Positions 25,752 to 34,995 of a stretch of 64,000 nt of DNA are shown piece after piece; positions within the stretch are counted from its first letter, which is position 1, and every line of letters starts with the position of its first letter. The position numbers and the translations under genes are program-made. The notes under the pieces are model-generated. The model was not told the DNA's origin. It was given only the letters and a program-made list of their open reading frames with translations, and ran no database searches. Where the stretch lies: contig OY762911.1 in the NCBI GenBank assembly GCA_963666565.1, forward strand, positions 4,160,001 through 4,224,000, in the 5' to 3' direction. Source of the DNA: Thermoanaerobaculia bacterium. Lineage in GTDB: Bacteria > Acidobacteriota > Thermoanaerobaculia > Multivoradales > Multivoraceae.

Positions 25752-27994
25752 AGTTCAAGCGCATCGAGATCCGCAACTTTGCCGTCTTCGAGCACCTGGA
25801 GGTCGAGCCGTCGACGGATCCTGAGGGCCCGCTTACGGTTGTCCGTGCCGAGAATGGCTCCGGCAAGACGACCTTCCTGCGAGCCCTCCTCTGGGGTATG
25901 TATGGGGAGAAGGGACTGCCCGGAGCGAATCCCGGGCGCTACTCCGTCCATCCGGCATGGTGGCGCCCTGACGAGCAAGGAGTCCAGACGACGGTAACGA
26001 TCGAGTTCGAGACCGATGGCTCCGACCGACACGATCCCGCCGCCGGTACCAAGATGGACGCCTACCTGCTAAGTCGATCAGTGACGACAGTGAGGCGCGA
26101 TGCTGCCCGCGACGACGAGCCTGACTTCGAGCGCCGGGAAGAAATGCCCTCGCTCATGAAGCGAGTAGATTCGGGCGCTTGGGAACCGGCCAACGTAGGT
26201 GTGGACGCGGCCGTCCAACAGTTACTTCCCTGGGACCTCCGCGACTTCTTTGTCATGGACGCCGATCAGGCGGCGGACTTCGTGGGCGGTACCGAGAACC
26301 GTCAGATCAGCGTCCACGAGGTCGAGAAGAAGACAACGGACGCCGTTCGAAGTCTGCTCGGCATCGACGTCTTTGAGGCGGCGGCGAACCGCCTGCGGAA
26401 GGCATCAAGGAACTTCGGGAGCGAGGCGACGAAGACCGTCAAGGATCACGAACTCCACCAACTCCAGGCGGAGCAGAATCGCCTGGAAGATCGAGTGGAA
26501 CAGATCAAGGGCGATCTGGACAAAGCACGGGAGGACGCTCGCGACCTGAAGGGCAGGCTGGATGACCGCAGCCAGCGACTCAAGGAGGAACTCCTCCACC
26601 AAGGAGCGTACGAACCCCTGGTCAAACTCAGGGACGAAGCACGGAAGAAGCAGGAGACATCCCGCAACGCCCGTCGTGAAGCGGCCGCCGGTTTGGCGGC
26701 CGGGTTGGCGGACGCCTCACTCTTCGCACCGTTGGCGTCGCCGGCTCTCCTCCGCGTTGAGGGAGCCCTCAAGCCTCTCCATGACGCCGGCAGGATTCCG
26801 CTGAAGCACGTCAGCTTCGTTCGACAACTGCTTGAGCGCGGCGAATGCGTCTGCGGGCGACGCTTGGACACCGACACGGAAACGCGTAGCCGGGTCGAAG
26901 GGGAACTCGCACGTTCCGCCGAACGTGAAGAAGAGGCGGAGTACCTAGGGCGGCTCTATGAAGCGGCCGCTCACCATCGGGCGGCAAAGACGGGAGCCGG
27001 CTGGAGCGCACGCAAGAAGCGGCTCTCTGCCGAGATCGCGCGGGCCAACTCTTCGGCCAACGAAGCCAGCCTGGAGCTTCGGGACACGGAGCGGAAGCTC
27101 GACGGGATCGATCAGGAGAAGGTCCGGGTACTTCGCGCCGAAGAAGCGGCGCTCACGACCCAGTTGGAAAAGAAGCAGCAAACGGTCGGCAGTCTCAACC
27201 TTCAGCTTGAGACGATGTCGAAGTCGCTCTCCGGCGTAAGCAAGCGCCTCGTGGCCGCCCAGCGCAGGCATTCCGCAGCCGCCGACAGCACCGCCGCACG
27301 GGACCTGGCGAGCCTGGGAGCCAGAATTCTTGACGACTCGGTCGCGGAGCTAAGGAAGCGACAGGTGAAGGACCTCTCCGATCGAATGAAGCGCTTGTTC
27401 GACCAGATGGCCGCGAACGTCACGGACGCCGATTTCGACGGCGCCGAGGAAGGACGCGAATCAGTCCGCATGATCGCACGGGTCGGCATCCGCCCAGTCG
27501 AGGACAGCCTAGATCGCTTCGAGATCTTCGCCCTGAACCACCGCGACCGGGTCATGCCGCCGACCGAGATCAACGGCGCCTCTCGCAGGGTGCTCGCCGT
27601 GTCCTTCGTTCTCGCTCTCTGCCAGGAGTCCCGTACACATGCGCCGCTCATCGCCGACTCCCTGTTGAACTCCATGTCCGGAGCGGTACGACGCAACACC
27701 CTGAACGCTACGGTGGAGAACTCCGAGCAGCCGATCCTGCTGCTGACTGGGTCGGACCTGGAGGGAGAAACAGAGGTCGCAACGGTCCGCCGCTTCGGGG
27801 GTGCCGTCTACACGCTTACCGGGCAGTGGGACGCAGTCGCAGCCGGGCGGGGAGGCGATGTCGTCCGACAGACTTCAAGCAATGCCAATGTCGCCGTGCT
27901 GTGCAAGTGCGGGCCGCGCCAGTTCTGTGATGTCTGCGAGCGTCAGGGGCAGCGCGAAGCCGCAGGCTGGTCCGAACGCGCAGCGACCGACTAG
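25745..27994 (+). CDS. DndD/Rad50/SMC-like coiled-coil ABC ATPase with CxC zinc hook
   Basis: IEIRNFAVF, AENGSGKTT, FFVMDAD, coiled coils, ECVCG, PLIADS, C-terminal CKC..FCDVC. Confidence 0.87.
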   Translation: MLKFKRIEIRNFAVFEHLEVEPSTDPEGPLTVVRAENGSGKTTFLRALLWGMYGEKGLPGANPGRYSVHPAWWRPDEQGVQTTVTIEFETDGSDRHDPAAGTKMDAYLLSRSVTTVRRDAARDDEPDFERREEMPSLMKRVDSGAWEPANVGVDAAVQQLLPWDLRDFFVMDADQAADFVGGTENRQISVHEVEKKTTDAVRSLLGIDVFEAAANRLRKASRNFGSEATKTVKDHELHQLQAEQNRLEDRVEQIKGDLDKAREDARDLKGRLDDRSQRLKEELLHQGAYEPLVKLRDEARKKQETSRNARREAAAGLAAGLADASLFAPLASPALLRVEGALKPLHDAGRIPLKHVSFVRQLLERGECVCGRRLDTDTETRSRVEGELARSAEREEEAEYLGRLYEAAAHHRAAKTGAGWSARKKRLSAEIARANSSANEASLELRDTERKLDGIDQEKVRVLRAEEAALTTQLEKKQQTVGSLNLQLETMSKSLSGVSKRLVAAQRRHSAAADSTAARDLASLGARILDDSVAELRKRQVKDLSDRMKRLFDQMAANVTDADFDGAEEGRESVRMIARVGIRPVEDSLDRFEIFALNHRDRVMPPTEINGASRRVLAVSFVLALCQESRTHAPLIADSLLNSMSGAVRRNTLNATVENSEQPILLLTGSDLEGETEVATVRRFGGAVYTLTGQWDAVAAGRGGDVVRQTSSNANVAVLCKCGPRQFCDVCERQGQREAAGWSERAATD

Positions 27995-28012
27995 GGAACG
28001 GAGGAGCGACCC

Positions 28013-28516
28013 ATGAACTACTTCGAGAGCAGACTGCGAGCACAGGCCCACACACTCGCGCTGCCCAAAGATCTGCGCGACGACGTGGACCGCTATGTCC
28101 AGAGTCATCGACCCGGCGCGGATCCTGAGCAGGCACCGTTCCCGCGACGTCTCGATCTCTGGGCCTACGGGATCTTCGCGGCTCTGGCACTGGGACTCGA
28201 ACCGGAGGACCAGTCCAAGACAAGGCGAACCACCTACAAGTTCAAGGACACGGCATCCGTGAACATGTCGTCCGAACTCTGCGAACTGCTTGCTGTCGTG
28301 GCCGCGGCCGGCCTAGGACCCGAGAACGAACGGGTCACCGAACCAGCGGAGATCATCCGATACGCCAACTGCTTGGCCGCTGTCGGTTGCCCGGTCGTGA
28401 TCGGCGAACTCAACAAGGTGGACCTTCGGCTGACTCCGCTGGAGAAGATGGTCCGCCACGCGGAGACGCTACTTGAGAGGACTCAGGAGCACCTGAGAGC
28501 GGCGATACCAACGTAG
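28013..28516 (+). CDS. Dnd-associated/DndE-like small protein
   Basis: LPKDLRDDV...APFPRRLDLWAYGIFAAL...YANCLAAVG recalls dnd-associated protein 4; last gene of the operon; GGAGGAG RBS. Confidence 0.6.
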   Translation: MNYFESRLRAQAHTLALPKDLRDDVDRYVQSHRPGADPEQAPFPRRLDLWAYGIFAALALGLEPEDQSKTRRTTYKFKDTASVNMSSELCELLAVVAAAGLGPENERVTEPAEIIRYANCLAAVGCPVVIGELNKVDLRLTPLEKMVRHAETLLERTQEHLRAAIPT

Positions 28517-28865
28517 TCCTCGACGCCCGGCGACGAAGGTGACTCAGCATGACAGAACGGCATGTAGAGATTCAGGGACTCCAGTACAACCAGAACGGTT
28601 GCTTGGAGGAAGTACAACACGGGACGACTCCGCTCGTCACGGCGCGTGAACAAGCCATGGAGCGGATCATGCCGGAGTCCCAGCCGTATGAATGCGGAGC
28701 ACAATCACCCTATCTTCCCGGGGATGGGAGGGTTGCGGAAGATCAGGCCGTTGGTCCGCCGGCGAGGCGAGGGCAACATGGACGACATCGTGAGAGAAAA
28801 CCGGCGGTGAGTTCCCTCTACGGGGACACGAGCGCCCTCAGGAGCTCCGCGGAGGCCATGGCTGG

Positions 28866-29339
28866 ATGAAACCGAGTGTCTACATCGAGACCTCGGTAGT
28901 CAGCTATCTCACCGCTCGGCCTTCCCGGGATGTCATGGTCGCTGCCTACCAGGACGTAACGCAGCGCTGGTGGGCAAGTGCGCCCGCCAGGTTCCGGCTC
29001 TTCGCCTCCGAGCTGGTACACGACGAGGCCGGTGCCGGCGACACTGGTGCCGCTCGCGCACGCCAAGACGCCCTCCACGGGATTCCGCTGCTTGAAGCCA
29101 CCCGAGAAGACGGCGAGCTTGCAGCGAAGCTCTTTGAGTTCCGGGCCGTGCCGCGGAGCGCGGCGAACGATGCCGCCCATGTCGCCATCGCGGCCGTCAA
29201 CCGTGTTGACTACCTCGTTACCTGGAACTTCCGCCATATCGCCAACGCCGCAATGAGATCTAGAATCGAAGACGTCTGCAGCCGTGCGGGTCATCGGCCG
29301 CCCGTCATCTGCTCCCCCAACCAGCTCATGGAGACATGA
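28866..29339 (+). CDS. PIN domain toxin
   Basis: VYIETSVVSYLTARPSRD, DAAHVAIAAV, YLVTWNFRHIAN, PVICSPNQL. Confidence 0.9.
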   Translation: MKPSVYIETSVVSYLTARPSRDVMVAAYQDVTQRWWASAPARFRLFASELVHDEAGAGDTGAARARQDALHGIPLLEATREDGELAAKLFEFRAVPRSAANDAAHVAIAAVNRVDYLVTWNFRHIANAAMRSRIEDVCSRAGHRPPVICSPNQLMET

Positions 29340-29340
29340 C

Positions 29341-29541
29341 ATGCGCAAGAACGAGCACGCCCGTCCCGAGCAACCGGCCGGCGACCCGGTGATCGAGGAA
29401 CTCTGGGCCGTGCGCGACGAGTACGCCGCTTCCTGCGGCTACGACGTGCACGAGCTGTTCCGGCGGATTCGAGCTCGGCAGCGAACCTCCGGGCGCGAGT
29501 ACGTCCGCCTCTCTCCTCGGAACACGTCTTCCGCCGACTAG
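29341..29541 (+). CDS. Small protein downstream of the PIN gene (putative antitoxin, reversed order)
   Basis: DPVIEELWAVRDEYAASCGYDV motif, commonly seen beside this PIN subtype. Confidence 0.65.
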   Translation: MRKNEHARPEQPAGDPVIEELWAVRDEYAASCGYDVHELFRRIRARQRTSGREYVRLSPRNTSSAD

Positions 29542-29590
29542 GACTGCGTGGCCCCGCCACCTCGGCGACAGCCGCCACCATCCGCATCGC

Positions 29591-29818
29591 ATGCGCATCA
29601 CAGTGACCATCGACGATGACGTGCTGGCTACCGCCAGGGCGTCGGCCGCGCGCAAGGGCTGCAGCCTGGGCCGCGCCCTGTCTGAACTGGCTCGGCGCGG
29701 ATTCACGACCGCCATCCCAGTCCGAAAGGGCGATGACGATACGGCGTTTGCCGTTCGCGCGGACGCGGAATCCATCACCAACGACGACGTACACCGATCC
29801 TTGGCCGACTGGCCGTGA
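29591..29818 (+). CDS. RHH/CopG-type VapB antitoxin; cognate vapC reduced to a stub
   Basis: MRITVTIDDDVLATARASAARKGCSLGRALSELARRG; an overlapping GTG AAG GCA CTG start follows with no full PIN ORF. Confidence 0.8.
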   Translation: MRITVTIDDDVLATARASAARKGCSLGRALSELARRGFTTAIPVRKGDDDTAFAVRADAESITNDDVHRSLADWP

Positions 29819-29882
29819 AGGCACTGCCAACCCGCTGATCGCCTTTGACGCCAAGAACGCTGCCTGGGCTCGCCGACTACGG

Positions 29883-30093
29883 TCAACTCTCCCCGAGGAG
29901 TCTCATCTCGTACGAGTTCGCCACCAAGAGGCGTCCGAGCGTGGCGAGCATCTCGAACGGATCACTCCCGTCGATCTTCTCCGCCTCCATCACTTCCCGC
30001 ACATCGCTCCGGCTGGTAGGCGGGATCCGCACCTCGAAGAAGGGCCAGAGGAAGTTCGCCCGGTAGCGCTCTGTTGTCTCCGGAAAGGCCGAA
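29883..30093 (-). pseudogene. HipA N-terminal (Couple_hipA)-like gene, 5'-truncated by ISL3
   Basis: AFPETTERYRANFLWPFFEVRIPPTSRSDV...DPFEMLATLGR; paralog of 34454-34948. Confidence 0.7.
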
Positions 30094-30974
30094 GGCTCTT
30101 CCGGGTTGATGGTGGAAATCGCGTAGTGTGGCGCGATGCGCGACACAGACTTGTACGGTCGGATTCTCGGCATCGAGAGTCCCTGGAAGGTGACGGACGT
30201 CGAGTTGCGGATCGAGTCCGGCGAGGTGGAGGTTCTCGTGGCTCGTGGCGCCGGCGAGTCCTATCGTTGTCCGAAGTGCGGCGGCGCTGCGCGCCGGCAC
30301 GATTCGCGTCGTCGGCGCTGGCGGCATCTGCCGACGTGCCAGTACCGGACGATCCTGACCGCGGACGTGCCTCGGGTGCGGTGCGCGGAGCACGGAGTGC
30401 TGACGATCGGCGTGCCCTGGTCGGACCCGACAAGTTCCACGTCGCGGCCCATCTGGGCGACGCCGTGAACCGGGTGCGGGTGGCGGAGCACCGAGAGCTG
30501 CAGAACCGGGGGGACGACCGGCTGGCCGGCACCCGGTACATGTGGCTGTACCACACCGACCGGTTGCCGGAGAGGCATGCGGCCTCCTTCAAGACCTTGG
30601 TGAACGCGACCTGGAAGACGGCGCGTTGCTGGCACCTGAAGGAGGTGGCGATGATGATGTGGGAGACGCGGGACCGCGTCGAGGCGCGTGAGACCTTCGA
30701 CGGCTGGTACTCGTGGGCGATCCGCAGCCGTCTCGAGCCCATGAAGGAAGTCGCCCGCATGATCAAGGCTCATCTCGACGGCGTGCTGAACGCGATCGAG
30801 CGGGGCGTCACCAACGCCCGCCTCGAAGGCATCAACTCGGTCATCCAGTCGCTCAAGAAGACCGCCCGCGGCTACCGGAACCGCGACCGGTTCCGCGACG
30901 CCATCTACTTCCATCTCGGCGGCCTGAACCTCTACCCTGATTCCCTCACGTTCCACACGAAACCCTGAAGAGCC
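30094..30974 (+). mobile_element. ISL3-family element, internally deleted
   Basis: 24-bp imperfect TIRs (ggctcttccgggttgatggtggaa vs revcomp ggctcttcagggtttcgtgtggaa); no target duplication. Confidence 0.88.
30136..30968 (+). pseudogene. ISL3 transposase remnant (zinc-finger N-terminus joined out of frame to the C-terminus)
   Basis: LGIESPWKV..CPKCG..WRHL..PRVRCAEHG..VPWS, then DKFHV...TNARLEGINSVIQSLKKTARGYRN in another frame. Confidence 0.88.
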
Positions 30975-32372
30975 GCGGGAGAGAACGTCGCACTGATCGG
31001 CTGTAGGCAGAAGGTGCGAGACGATGACGACTGGGCGCAGGCCTTCGCCACCGCTCGGATCGCAGAAAGCTGTGCGATCTCGAACACAACCCGCGAAATC
31101 AACTGCGTTTTCCCGCTGTACCTCTACCCGGGGGTCGGCAAGGCCTCGGCGGCGCTGTTCAATCGCTGGCCGGAAGGCAAGGACGGACGAACTCCAAACC
31201 TGGACACAGAGTTTGTCGAGGCAACTGCGGTAGCCACCAAACTCCGATTCCTCAGCGACGGCCGCGGTGATCCGCGAGCGACCTTCGGCCCCGAGGACGT
31301 GCTTGCCTGGATCTACGCCATGTTTCACAGCCCGGGCTACCGCAGCCTGTATGAGGCACACCTCAAGCTCGACTTCCCCCGCGTTCCGCCACCCGGGAAC
31401 ACGGACATCTTCCGGGCGTTGACGGAGGCGGGCCACGACCTGCTGACCGTCCACCTGCTTGAGTCCCGGAAGCTCACCGAGACCATCACGGACTATGCCG
31501 GCCCTAGAGCGCCCGAGGTCGGCCGCGTCGGCTGGTCGGCAGGGATGGTCTGACTCGACGCTCGGAAGACTCTGGCCCGGGAGGGGCATCGCGCCGCGCA
31601 GCCCGGCACGATAGGCTTCCACGGAGTACCCGAAGAAGTCTGGGACTTCCAAGTCGGGGGCTATCAGGTCTGCCACAAGTGGCTCAAGGACCGGAAGGGG
31701 CGCACGCTCTCGGACGAGGACATCGCCCACTACCAGAAGATCGTCGTCGCCCTGAACAAGACGATCCGGCTCATGACCGAGATCGACGAGGTCATCGAGG
31801 CCTACGGTGGTTGGCCCGCGGCCTTCGAGCCTCGGACGGCGGCAGCCACGAGCGCGGAGGAAACGGCGAAGCTCCTGCCGTTCCGGCCACGGACCGTCGA
31901 ACCAGCGCCGGAGGACCGTTACGTCAACTGCGTTCCGCTCGTACCACTCCAAGTGGCCGCCGGCGGGTTCGGCAGCCAGCAGCACCTCGAGGACGACGGC
32001 GACGTCGAGTAGGTCGAGGTCGCATCCAGCCACAGGCTGCGGCCAGGCATGTTCGTCGCCCAAGTCGTCGGCATGTCCATGGCGCCCACCATCCCCGACG
32101 GCGCCTGGTGCCTCTTCCGCGCACCGGTAGAGGGCACGCGCCAAGGCAAGACGGTTCTCGTCCAACTTCGGGACGCCATCGACCCCAAGACCGGCCAGCG
32201 CTACACCGTCAAGCGCTACCGAAGCGAGAAGGCGACCACCGGCGACACTTGGCAGCACGAGAAGATCATCCTCGAACCGCTGAACCCAGACTTCGAGCCG
32301 ACTATCCTCACCGGCGCGGAAGAGGACGAACTGCAGGTCATCGCCCAGCTCGTAGAGGTTCTGACGGACTGA
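30975..32372 (+). pseudogene. Type ISP/IIG R-M C-terminal specificity region fused to an S24 (LexA-like) domain; 5'-truncated, two nonsense codons
   Basis: [76 protein letters not shown], all in one frame with TGA 31551 and TAG 32010. Confidence 0.85.
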
Positions 32373-32568
32373 GAGACCCGCGCGTACCGGCGTTCGCGGC
32401 TTCCCCGACTCGACGCCATCCCCCGGATGCATCCTCCCCAAACCCGGTCCAGCGCGGTCTGGCTTGACACACGCGCCGGATCTCGGCGACACTCTCTCCT
32501 CGACCTTGCGACAAGCTCTGCGCCGAGCGTCGCGCTCTCCGCTCCAGCCCACCAGGAGGACTACTCAA

Positions 32569-33723
32569 ATGCCACGAGAGGATCGCGTTTCACTTATCTC
32601 GAAGATTGAAGAGCATCGCAAGTCTCGCGTGATCTGCTATGTCTGTGGAGATCGTCAAGGCGCCCAAACGATCATTTCCGATGATGCAGTCTGGCCGATG
32701 TACGACCACGTGCGGAACATTGGGACGGTTGATGCTCTCGATCTGTTTCTGTACAGCCGCGGGGGAAACGTGGACGTACCCTGGCGCATCGTCAGTATGC
32801 TGAGGGAACACTGCAAGACACTCAGTGTCCTCATTCCCTATCGGGCACATAGTGCGGCAACGATGATCGCTCTGGGCTGCGACAGCATTCTCATGACGCG
32901 CAAAGCCGAGTTGGGGCCTATAGATCCGGCTCTCAGCACTCACCAGGCTGAGAAAGGAACCGCAGTTCGAGAAGATGTACGCGTGGAGGACGTAATGGCA
33001 TTCGTCGACTTTATGAAGGACAAAGCTGGACTCGGAGACCAGAGTGCGATCGCCACCAACGTGAAGATCCTAAGCCAGAAGCTGACACCTTGGGGCCTTG
33101 GCAGTATCTACAGGACACACACACACATCCGCGACGTCGCTCGCAAACTGCTTCTTTCGCGAGCTAGGAAACTCGACGAGAGGAGGACAGAGCAGATCGT
33201 CGAAGCCCTAGCGGAGAAGATCTACCTGCACAACCACGCCATTTCTAGGGTGGAGGCACTTGAACTGGGCCTGCCAGTCAAGAATCCTGACTCCGACCTC
33301 GAGGAACTGCTCTGGCGCCTACTGCAGACCTACAAGGACGACATGTTGCTCCGAGTTCCACTAAAGCCGGAGGACCTCTTCGTGGGTCAGGATGCAGATG
33401 AGGTTGAAGGTGAGCCCATGGATATGGCAATAGTCGAGTCAGCCGAAATGGCCTGGGCTTTCCGGGCCAGTCTATCGGCGCGCCGGCAGCGTCAGGCTCC
33501 CGCGAACATCAACGTGACGGTCAACCTAGGTCTCCAGTTGCCAGCCGAGCTCAAACAAGAAGAGCTGAACCAGGCAGCAATCCAGCAGTTGGTTCAACAG
33601 TTTCAGAATGAGGTGCCGGCAATGGTCAGGCAACAAGTGCGTCAGCAGTCGCCCATCGTGGGCTTCGAGGCAAGCCTCCGTGACGCGTACTGGCGCGATA
33701 TCACCGACGACTCCGACGACTAG
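32569..33723 (+). CDS. SDH/ClpP-like serine protease
   Basis: LFLYSRGG, IPYRAHSAATMIALG, ELGPIDP; AGGAGGA RBS; markedly lower GC. Confidence 0.87.
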   Translation: MPREDRVSLISKIEEHRKSRVICYVCGDRQGAQTIISDDAVWPMYDHVRNIGTVDALDLFLYSRGGNVDVPWRIVSMLREHCKTLSVLIPYRAHSAATMIALGCDSILMTRKAELGPIDPALSTHQAEKGTAVREDVRVEDVMAFVDFMKDKAGLGDQSAIATNVKILSQKLTPWGLGSIYRTHTHIRDVARKLLLSRARKLDERRTEQIVEALAEKIYLHNHAISRVEALELGLPVKNPDSDLEELLWRLLQTYKDDMLLRVPLKPEDLFVGQDADEVEGEPMDMAIVESAEMAWAFRASLSARRQRQAPANINVTVNLGLQLPAELKQEELNQAAIQQLVQQFQNEVPAMVRQQVRQQSPIVGFEASLRDAYWRDITDDSDD

Positions 33724-34085
33724 AGCCGGAGTACGGTGGGATTGGGGTCTGCGACTCGCATGCTGCCGCGACAGGGCGCTGCTACCGGCTCCATATCGAC
33801 GCGTGGCACAGCCACCTCCGATATCGTGAAGCGAGTTGAGTAGTGCCACGGCGGATCGACTCGCACATTCACAGTTACCGTCGCTGGTGTGCTCGGTGCC
33901 CCGTCTCGACCGTCCTTAGGGTCCTCTGCAGGTAAGGCGTGAACGCTTCTCATGGCGAGTAGCTCCAACTCTGCTAGGGAAGACATCTGGGCTTTCTTGG
34001 TCGTGGCCTTCCTCCCGATCAAAGGGCGGCGGATCTTAGCAGAGATCGGGAGACCGTTCAACTGCGAGGCGATGGTCGTCTGCAT
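33720..34085 (-). CDS. Hypothetical protein (121 aa)
   Basis: GAGGA RBS before the ATG; lower GC like its neighbour; no recognisable motif. Confidence 0.35.
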   Translation of the reverse strand: MQTTIASQLNGLPISAKIRRPLIGRKATTKKAQMSSLAELELLAMRSVHALPAEDPKDGRDGAPSTPATVTVNVRVDPPWHYSTRFTISEVAVPRVDMEPVAAPCRGSMRVADPNPTVLRL

Positions 34086-34320
34086 TGTCGCGTCCTCGAT
34101 TCGAGACCGGCGCTTTGGGTCGTGTGCCAGCCTTCTGACGGCCTTCTCCCGCTCCGTTAGGCGAGCGCGTGTGGCGGACGCGCTCAACCGCGCCGTCTCA
34201 CGACGGCACATGGTGTGGTCTCCTTGATCGCCTCATCGAACAGCTGCGGTCGTCCGCGACGGGCACCCATTATCGGCCTCGGTCGCGAATCCGTCAAGGA
34301 TGCGTGTTTCCGGCCCGCCG

Positions 34321-34458
34321 GCTCGGCGCGGCTTGACGAACGCCAGCCCCGTCCGAGTAAGGAGGATGATGGGGTGTTCGCCGTCCCCGCGGACGCGGAG
34401 TCCATCACCAACGACGACGTACAACGATCACTGACCGACTGACCGTGATCGCGCTACC
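34321..34458 (+). pseudogene. Degenerate second copy of the vapB 3' end plus vapC start stub
   Basis: gcggacgcggagtccatcaccaacgacgacgtaca...gactgaccgtga matches 29690-29828. Confidence 0.7.
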
Positions 34459-34948
34459 GGCCTGACGACCTCATCGCTCTCGCCCAAGGCCAGCGACGCG
34501 CGCCACGCCCTCGGGAAAGCGCTCGCGATCCGCCGTCGCCCTCGTCGGCAAAGCGCAGTTCGTAGGTGTTCGCCACCGACGTGCGGCCCAGCGCCGCGAG
34601 CATCTCGAGAGGGTCGTCGGCATTGATCCCCTTCAGGATCTCCTGGACGTCCGGCCGACCCGGCGGCGGCATCCGCACAACGAAGAACACCCACAGGGCC
34701 TCACTCCTGTAGACCCGGTCCTTCCTAGGGAACTCGGCAATCGGCCGCCCGTCGTAGCCGGGCACGTAGCGAAAGACGAACTCGCCGTCCTCGCAGGACA
34801 GCTCACCGACGAGCTCCCGCCCGTGCTCCCTGCTTAGCTGGGAGACCTCGAGCTTCCTCTCCAACGTCTCGCGCGGGGCGCGCGGCCGGCGGATCCCCGC
34901 AGCCAGACACAGTTCGTCCAGAATCCTCTCGACCAGCTTGTTGTCCAC
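34454..34948 (-). CDS. HipA N-terminal (Couple_hipA)-like domain protein; no kinase partner in view
   Basis: VGELSCEDGEFVFRY, AEFP..YRSEALWVFFVVRMPPPGRPDV, DPLEMLAALG. Confidence 0.75.
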   Translation of the reverse strand: MDNKLVERILDELCLAAGIRRPRAPRETLERKLEVSQLSREHGRELVGELSCEDGEFVFRYVPGYDGRPIAEFPRKDRVYRSEALWVFFVVRMPPPGRPDVQEILKGINADDPLEMLAALGRTSVANTYELRFADEGDGGSRALSRGRGARRWPWARAMRSSGR

Positions 34949-34995
34949 GGTCTCCGCCCCTCTGAGCCACTATCCCGCCGGCCCGGGCCTTGCCG

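Larger units (their letters stand above)
16025..34990. mobile_element. Genomic (defence) island; boundaries approximate
   Basis: Visibly more A/T-ending codons than the flanks; none of the REP copies; DNA-modification, TA, IS and R-M content; no integrase or att repeat seen. Confidence 0.65.

Noticed and set aside
16201-28516. Calling this a canonical dndABCDE/FGH or ssp locus
   Set aside because: No cysteine desulfurase, DndB/DGQHR or DndFGH; the PP-loop and ABC motifs deviate; gene symbols withheld
28549-28869. 106-aa ORF before the PIN gene
   Set aside because: No motif and atypical composition; it could be a decayed fragment but cannot be supported
31551-32012. Stop-codon recoding or readthrough
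   Set aside because: Two different stops (TGA, TAG) in an already 5'-truncated gene, and both codons terminate normal genes elsewhere; pseudogenisation is simpler
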